NCBI GenBank assembly: GCA_016927655.1
Contig: JAFGMG010000012.1
Coordinates: 42,618 to 106,617, forward strand
DNA length: 64,000 nt
Direction: 5' to 3'
Source: Candidatus Dojkabacteria bacterium
Lineage (GTDB): Bacteria > Patescibacteriota > Dojkabacteria > B142 > JAFGMG01
Shown here: positions 59,057 through 64,000 of the stretch, in pieces
Numbering within the stretch: the stretch's first letter is position 1
Layout: each line of letters opens with the position of its first letter
Notes under the pieces: generated by a model
What the model saw: only the letters and a program-made list of their open reading frames with translations
What the model was told of the DNA's origin: nothing
Database searches by the model: none
Position numbers and translations under genes: made by a program

Positions 59057-59838
59057 TTCCTGCCCTTTAAAAGGTTTTGAACCGTTCTGAAATATTTATT
59101 CACGGGAATATATTCAACAATTTCGAATCTTGGATTATCAAGCAGTCTCTCCCTGGCATACATCATTTTAAATTTCACTGGCCCGACTTTAAATGGAACA
59201 ATTCTCTCATCTTTCTCGTAAAACACTCCCAATTTTTCAGTATCCAGACTATTCCAGTACTCAAATATCTTCGGATGTTTCTCTATTTCTTCTATACTGA
59301 CCTGATATATCTTATCATCCTTCATAAAACTAATCTCTCTTTTACAATAGGCAAGCTGAATGCGAACCATTTCGTCATAAGCACTTTCATCGAACAATCC
59401 CTTTACACCAAGACGTTCATCTAGAAGAATCTGAATAATAGTTTTGCCAAATACTCCATCAATGGTTTTTTGATCAGCATTCAATATTTTTTGGAATCCT
59501 TTTGATACATGAAGGATTCTCCATCTTTCGTCAGTTAGATAACCAAATACAGAGCTTTTATCGAGATAGTATTTGAGCTGCTGATAAACTTCTTCGATCT
59601 CTTCTTTAGTTGAAGGGACAGCTGTTACACCGATTAAATAGTCTAATTCGTTGGGATTCATATTCAGTATCTCTGCAACTTTTCTCACGCTCTCCTTGCT
59701 CGGATTGACCTTGCCGCTCTCTATTCTCGAAATCATGCCTGCGGAGGCATTCATTGCCAGCTCGAGTTCCATCTGGCTCATTCCAGCTCTTTTTCTGAAG
59801 TATTTAATTCTTCTGCCCAATGTCTTTGCGTCAATCAT
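59053..59838 (-). CDS. XRE HTH regulator with a PAS/MmyB-like C-terminal domain (tandem paralog)
   Basis: Nearly identical HTH; GYLTDERWRILHVSKGF. Confidence 0.8.
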   Translation of the reverse strand: MIDAKTLGRRIKYFRKRAGMSQMELELAMNASAGMISRIESGKVNPSKESVRKVAEILNMNPNELDYLIGVTAVPSTKEEIEEVYQQLKYYLDKSSVFGYLTDERWRILHVSKGFQKILNADQKTIDGVFGKTIIQILLDERLGVKGLFDESAYDEMVRIQLAYCKREISFMKDDKIYQVSIEEIEKHPKIFEYWNSLDTEKLGVFYEKDERIVPFKVGPVKFKMMYARERLLDNPRFEIVEYIPVNKYFRTVQNLLKGRK

Positions 59839-59960
59839 GCCCCTGGGATTAACTATTCGATTATATCATTAACATTATATATACACAATTAGTATATAAC
59901 TGTTTGTAATTTTTCCATTCTTGTTCTAGTATGGGCGCTTCTGTTTATTAAAATAATATT

Positions 59961-60347
59961 ATGGACGATCAGAACTTACAAGAAGCAATGGACGAGCAGG
60001 GCCTGGATGAAGAAAACACCAACCGTATCGAAGAGTATTTTAAGACCAAAGATGCAATCAGAACATTTAGAAATGATCTGAAAGAGCTCAAAGAAACCCA
60101 TGAAGACGCAGAGAACCTGAAGAACCTGTCAGAAGAAGTGAAAAATCTCAGGAAAAAAATCAACGACACAGAAGACATTCGAATAATCAGCGACAAAATC
60201 TCAGGGTTAAAAGAAAGGATGGATCTTCTCAAAGATATTATCTACGCTGAACTCAAAGAGACAGACGAGAAAGAAGTTAAAATGAACGGTCGGAAACTGA
60301 AAATTATAGAGGTGCTGAAAGAAATGAAGGACGAGGAGAGCGAGTAG
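59961..60347 (+). CDS. Hypothetical charged coiled-coil protein
   Basis: 128 aa E/K-rich heptad pattern. Confidence 0.7.
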   Translation: MDDQNLQEAMDEQGLDEENTNRIEEYFKTKDAIRTFRNDLKELKETHEDAENLKNLSEEVKNLRKKINDTEDIRIISDKISGLKERMDLLKDIIYAELKETDEKEVKMNGRKLKIIEVLKEMKDEESE

Positions 60348-60542
60348 CAAATTTTTTGCCAAATTCAAACAATTTCCATCTATTTTCATGGGATTTCCAT
60401 GATTCTTCCATAGTTCTGCAATCTTTTCCTGCTAACTTATTTCTGCAATAAATTTTCCATAATTTGTATTGCAATACAATGCGGAGGTTTAAAAAGAGTG
60501 CTATAAACACTCAGATTATTTTTTATTTATTAGTTTCTTGCG

Positions 60543-61154
60543 ATGTCAAAGTTCAAACTCAGTCTAATTTTGGCAAGTGGGATATTGTCTGCGGTCTTCA
60601 TTTTTCAAGGATTAAATTCTCCGGCTGAAGCTCAAACCTCAAATTGGGGTGCTTGTACAAATGGGGTTTGTTACACTGGCGGGAGAGTTGGGATTGGAAC
60701 ACTTTCTCCAGGAAGCGGTCTTGATGTGAGCGGGAACTTTCAGACAAGGACTGCCTACGGCGGGGCAAGTTTTGTAGTCGCCCCGAATTCCGGGAGTTCT
60801 CAGAAATATGGAATGACGAATCTTGATACTGGTACTTTATTCTTTGGCAGGACTACCGGAGCTGGCGGCGGGGTTTCTCCTGATCTGAGTCTTTTCTCTG
60901 GCAATGTGGGTGTAAACAAGGCTTATCCGGGGACGAATTTGGATGTAAACGGATTTGTTCGTTCGAATCCGTTAAATAACGGAGGCGCAACTTATGTAGT
61001 AACTCCAAGTAATGGTACTGCTCAAAGTTATGGTATGACTGCTGCTGACGATGGGACGTACTTTTTCGGTAGGACAAATGGGCCAAGCCAGGGGATATTG
61101 GCGAGCATAAAAGTGTACAGCAACGGCGGCATGTGCCTTGGCAAGTGCTGGTAA
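60543..61154 (+). CDS. Secreted Gly-rich beta protein with two internal repeats
   Basis: Signal peptide (AEA-Q); GRVGIGT..P...LDV.G and GNVGVN...P...LDV.G, each followed by YGMT..D.GT.FFGRT.G. Confidence 0.75.
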   Translation: MSKFKLSLILASGILSAVFIFQGLNSPAEAQTSNWGACTNGVCYTGGRVGIGTLSPGSGLDVSGNFQTRTAYGGASFVVAPNSGSSQKYGMTNLDTGTLFFGRTTGAGGGVSPDLSLFSGNVGVNKAYPGTNLDVNGFVRSNPLNNGGATYVVTPSNGTAQSYGMTAADDGTYFFGRTNGPSQGILASIKVYSNGGMCLGKCW

Positions 61155-61197
61155 AAGAAACGGGAAGTTTATTCTTTATTTATGTTAGGTTAGAAAG

Positions 61198-62682
61198 ATG
61201 AAAAAGAAACTAATATTATTAATACTAGGCATACCCGTCATTGTTATCGGTGGATTTGTCTTTAAAAGCATAGTTTTGGCAAAAGGGGATGATACAATCA
61301 TAATAAAAGAGAACTTAGTAGCAGACGGTGAATTTGTCCGTGGTCCAAATGTGGAAAATTTTGGAGTTGAGAAATACATCAATAAAAAACTAAAAAAATA
61401 CTCTTCTTTCCAAAAGGAAATTGATGATCAGTCTGAAATGTATAGTATCAACCCTGAGTTATTGATAACACTAATAGACATTCAATATCAAAATGTGGAC
61501 TTAACAGATATGAAGCCTGAAGAGTTTAACGATTTGATCGAAAAATTGGTGATTGATCTTACGGATAACTACTATGGCTGCATTGCCCAAGCAGTAGAAA
61601 GAGCAGATAATAAACTAGAGAAAGAATATGAATCCCCTTTTGGATACAGAGTCAAACTAGACGATGAAGTAAATGCAGCCACTAATGCAACAATATTTGC
61701 AATGATTCAAAGAATGGATAAACAGGATATGAAAAATTTTGCAAGGAACGGAGATAACGGAGATTTTCATAAACACTTTTCAAAACTATTTCCAGAATCG
61801 GATCCACTAGATGGAAGTAATGTGATTGACTATGAAATAGTAAGTGGGAAAAAGAAACCTGAGAAATTTTCTTTATCAAACAGCATTGTTCAGAAGGCTC
61901 AAGCCCAATCAACTCCATTTAAAGAAACCCTGCAATTTCCTTATCCAATAGGGCAGTCTTGGGTATTTAATGGCGTACATTCTACTAATATGTCCGGAAT
62001 AGACTTTTCTCCAACAAATCCTTTTCCAAGCTGGCTTCAACCAGAAAATGATATCACAGCAACTGATTATCGGGTTGTTGCAGCCGCAGATGGTATAGCA
62101 CAAAAATATTCTAATTGCCTTGTTTATATTGATCACGGTGGAGGGTGGAAGACTAAATATTACCATCTCGAAAATGTACAATTCAGTCAAAACACCTCTG
62201 TTGAAGCAAATGATACGATTGCATACTTGGCTAACACCTACTCTGAAGCTATTTGCAATACCGGAGATGCTACTGGTAGACATGTTCATTTTGGATTGAT
62301 GTATAATGGAGCTTATACTGCTCTTGATGGATCGGAATTTTCCGGATGGAAGGTAAACGTAAATACGACAACACCTTATTCTATCGATTGCACAAAAATG
62401 TATCTTTATAGAGACGGAGTAACCAAGTGTCCACGCAGTAGTATTTTAAATGACGCATCGACAGATTCATGTATTCCTTCTCCAGGACTCGATTGGGTTA
62501 TTGACGGACAGGTATGTGAGATTACTTCCAATATGGTGGCTGATAGAAATGTGTTGGTGAAGAATAACTCTGAATTAAGACTTTTAGCTAATTCTAGTCT
62601 TAACATTGATTTCCTGAACTATTCTATACAAACAGAACCCTATGGTAAAATAACCATAGATTCGACTGCTAAGCTATTTTAA
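61198..62682 (+). CDS. LasA/beta-lytic-like M23 metallopeptidase with pro-region and C-terminal domain
   Basis: G.SW..NG.HS, VVAA..G, C.V...H..GW.T.YYH, A.C..G..TG.HVHF.L.YNG, ..DC as in M23A enzymes. Confidence 0.85.
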   Translation: MKKKLILLILGIPVIVIGGFVFKSIVLAKGDDTIIIKENLVADGEFVRGPNVENFGVEKYINKKLKKYSSFQKEIDDQSEMYSINPELLITLIDIQYQNVDLTDMKPEEFNDLIEKLVIDLTDNYYGCIAQAVERADNKLEKEYESPFGYRVKLDDEVNAATNATIFAMIQRMDKQDMKNFARNGDNGDFHKHFSKLFPESDPLDGSNVIDYEIVSGKKKPEKFSLSNSIVQKAQAQSTPFKETLQFPYPIGQSWVFNGVHSTNMSGIDFSPTNPFPSWLQPENDITATDYRVVAAADGIAQKYSNCLVYIDHGGGWKTKYYHLENVQFSQNTSVEANDTIAYLANTYSEAICNTGDATGRHVHFGLMYNGAYTALDGSEFSGWKVNVNTTTPYSIDCTKMYLYRDGVTKCPRSSILNDASTDSCIPSPGLDWVIDGQVCEITSNMVADRNVLVKNNSELRLLANSSLNIDFLNYSIQTEPYGKITIDSTAKLF

Positions 62683-62694
62683 CTTACAAAAACT

Positions 62695-63324
62695 ATGAAA
62701 AAAACACTAATAATTCTTTTAATAATCGGCCTAGTTGTTTTTACAGCTATTATTGGAATAGTAGGTTATTTGTTAATCACTAAAAAATCAGAACCTGCCA
62801 TTTCAACTCAACGAGAGGCAAACAATAACACCACTTCCGATAATATTGCTAATAATACTGAGCCAACTGATAATCAGACGACTCAAACATTCCTTACATA
62901 TACAATCCCGAAATATTCCAGTTATCCAGAGGTAGGGCTTACTTACCCAGAATCATGGATAATGGAAAAGACTGTGACTGCAGGTCAACCAGAGTATTCA
63001 TTCACAAAAAATGGATATGAATTGATGATAAGGCGTGTAGAAGGCGGTGGAGTTGAATGTCATTTCGATAGCAATTTCCCTGCAGAAATGGCTGATTTCA
63101 ACCTAGATATCAGTCAATATGACTACAAGAAGATCTCTTCTAATTTAGGAGATTTTTACTACTTCGATACAGGAAGCAAATATGAGTTTTGTGGTCCATC
63201 TTCACAGGTTACTGGGAAACTAGTTGAGATGAATATGCTTGGTTTGATCACTTTTGAGACTCCTGCAAACCCTAGTTCTGAGATCATGGACGAAATGGTC
63301 GCTATTATAGAAAGTGCCCAATAG
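62695..63324 (+). CDS. Membrane-anchored protein with S/T/N linker and PsbP-like domain
   Basis: N-terminal TM, LTYPESW motif, two Cys. Confidence 0.75.
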   Translation: MKKTLIILLIIGLVVFTAIIGIVGYLLITKKSEPAISTQREANNNTTSDNIANNTEPTDNQTTQTFLTYTIPKYSSYPEVGLTYPESWIMEKTVTAGQPEYSFTKNGYELMIRRVEGGGVECHFDSNFPAEMADFNLDISQYDYKKISSNLGDFYYFDTGSKYEFCGPSSQVTGKLVEMNMLGLITFETPANPSSEIMDEMVAIIESAQ

Positions 63325-63332
63325 AACCAGCA

Positions 63333-63452
63333 AATAACGCAGAACTGAGATTACTTGCAAATTCGAGTCTGGACATTGATTTCTTGAACTATTCAGTTCA
63401 AGTAGAACCCTATGGTAAGATAACCATAGATTCAACTTCTAAATTATTTTAA
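63333..63452 (+). pseudogene. Orphan copy of the last 40 codons of the M23 peptidase gene
   Basis: NNAELRLLANSSLDIDFLNYSVQVEPYGKITIDSTSKLF*, 34/39 aa identical to 62563-62682; no start codon. Confidence 0.85.
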
Positions 63453-63464
63453 TTTGCAATAATT

Positions 63465-64000
63465 ATGAAAAAAACATTAATAACTCTAATAGTATTCGAG
63501 CTGGTTGTCCTAATGGTAATAACTGGGATTATAGTTTGTTTAACCCTAAGAAATTATACTAACGGAAAGTCTGAGACTATAATTACAACCCCAGATGGAA
63601 ATGCCGGCGAGTCAGAAGAAGGTTTTCCTGACAATATCGTTGATGCACAAACATCAGAAGAACCCTCTACATACATAGTGAAAGCATTTGGGAATTTCTC
63701 TGGTTTTTCATTTGATTATCCTTCAAATTGGACAGTTGAAAAAGACGAAAAAGGAAATATATATCAAAATCTAACACTAACAAAAATAGGAGGTTATGAA
63801 TTAAGTATACGGCGCGCAAGTGGAGACGGACAAGAGTGTCATCTCAACAGTAATTTTTCCCAAGAAATGACAGACTTTAATATTGACATTACCAAATATG
63901 ATTATAACTTCGTCGAGTCAAAACTAGGAAGAGTGTATTACTTTGCAAAGGACAAAAATAACGCGTACGAATATTGCATTCCAGGCAAAGATAACCCTAA
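63465..64000 (+). CDS. Paralog of 62695..63324, runs off the window end; missing from the ORF track
   Basis: MKKTLI..TM..FDYPSNWTVEK..GYELSIRR..G.G.ECH..NF..EM.DFN.DI..YDY. Confidence 0.85.
   Translation, partial: MKKTLITLIVFELVVLMVITGIIVCLTLRNYTNGKSETIITTPDGNAGESEEGFPDNIVDAQTSEEPSTYIVKAFGNFSGFSFDYPSNWTVEKDEKGNIYQNLTLTKIGGYELSIRRASGDGQECHLNSNFSQEMTDFNIDITKYDYNFVESKLGRVYYFAKDKNNAYEYCIPGKDNP

Noticed and set aside
59860-59900. TATATA inverted repeats as an XRE operator
   Set aside because: Too low in complexity to distinguish from the AT-rich background
1-64000. CRISPR array, rRNA, transposase, integrase or prophage structural genes
   Set aside because: None recognised

Overview
AT-rich, gene-dense chromosomal segment in standard genetic code. 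Gene content and style suggest a CPR/Patescibacteria genome, possibly Dojkabacteria-like; this is an inference. Core genes: mfd, miaA, dinB, a modified dcw cluster (mraZ-rsmH-ftsL-ftsI-murA-murE), aspS, proS, two ssb, gpmI, pyk, trpS, lepA and three tRNAs (Cys, Leu, Lys). The strongest candidate for an undescribed system is a co-oriented cluster at 52.7-59.8 kb: twin XRE/ligand-binding regulators, a GNAT-like protein, a divergent HisRS paralog, an arginine-dihydrolase-like enzyme and a 7TM histidine kinase, which may make and sense an amino-acid-derived signal. Other notable items: (1) an unannotated Trp leader-peptide attenuator upstream of a racemase-trpS operon; (2) a tRNA-Leu 5' relic with two 20-bp palindromic insertions next to a GIY-YIG nuclease; (3) a LasA-like M23 peptidase followed by an orphan 3'-end plus partner-gene cassette; (4) an AspRS-YbaK fusion near an editing-domain-less ProRS; (5) a pair of 20-bp palindromes 103 bp apart at two unlinked loci; (6) an ECF sigma factor and a degenerate MurF inside the dcw cluster; (7) a PAS kinase split by one in-frame TAG. 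All family calls come from reading motifs by eye; no searches were run.
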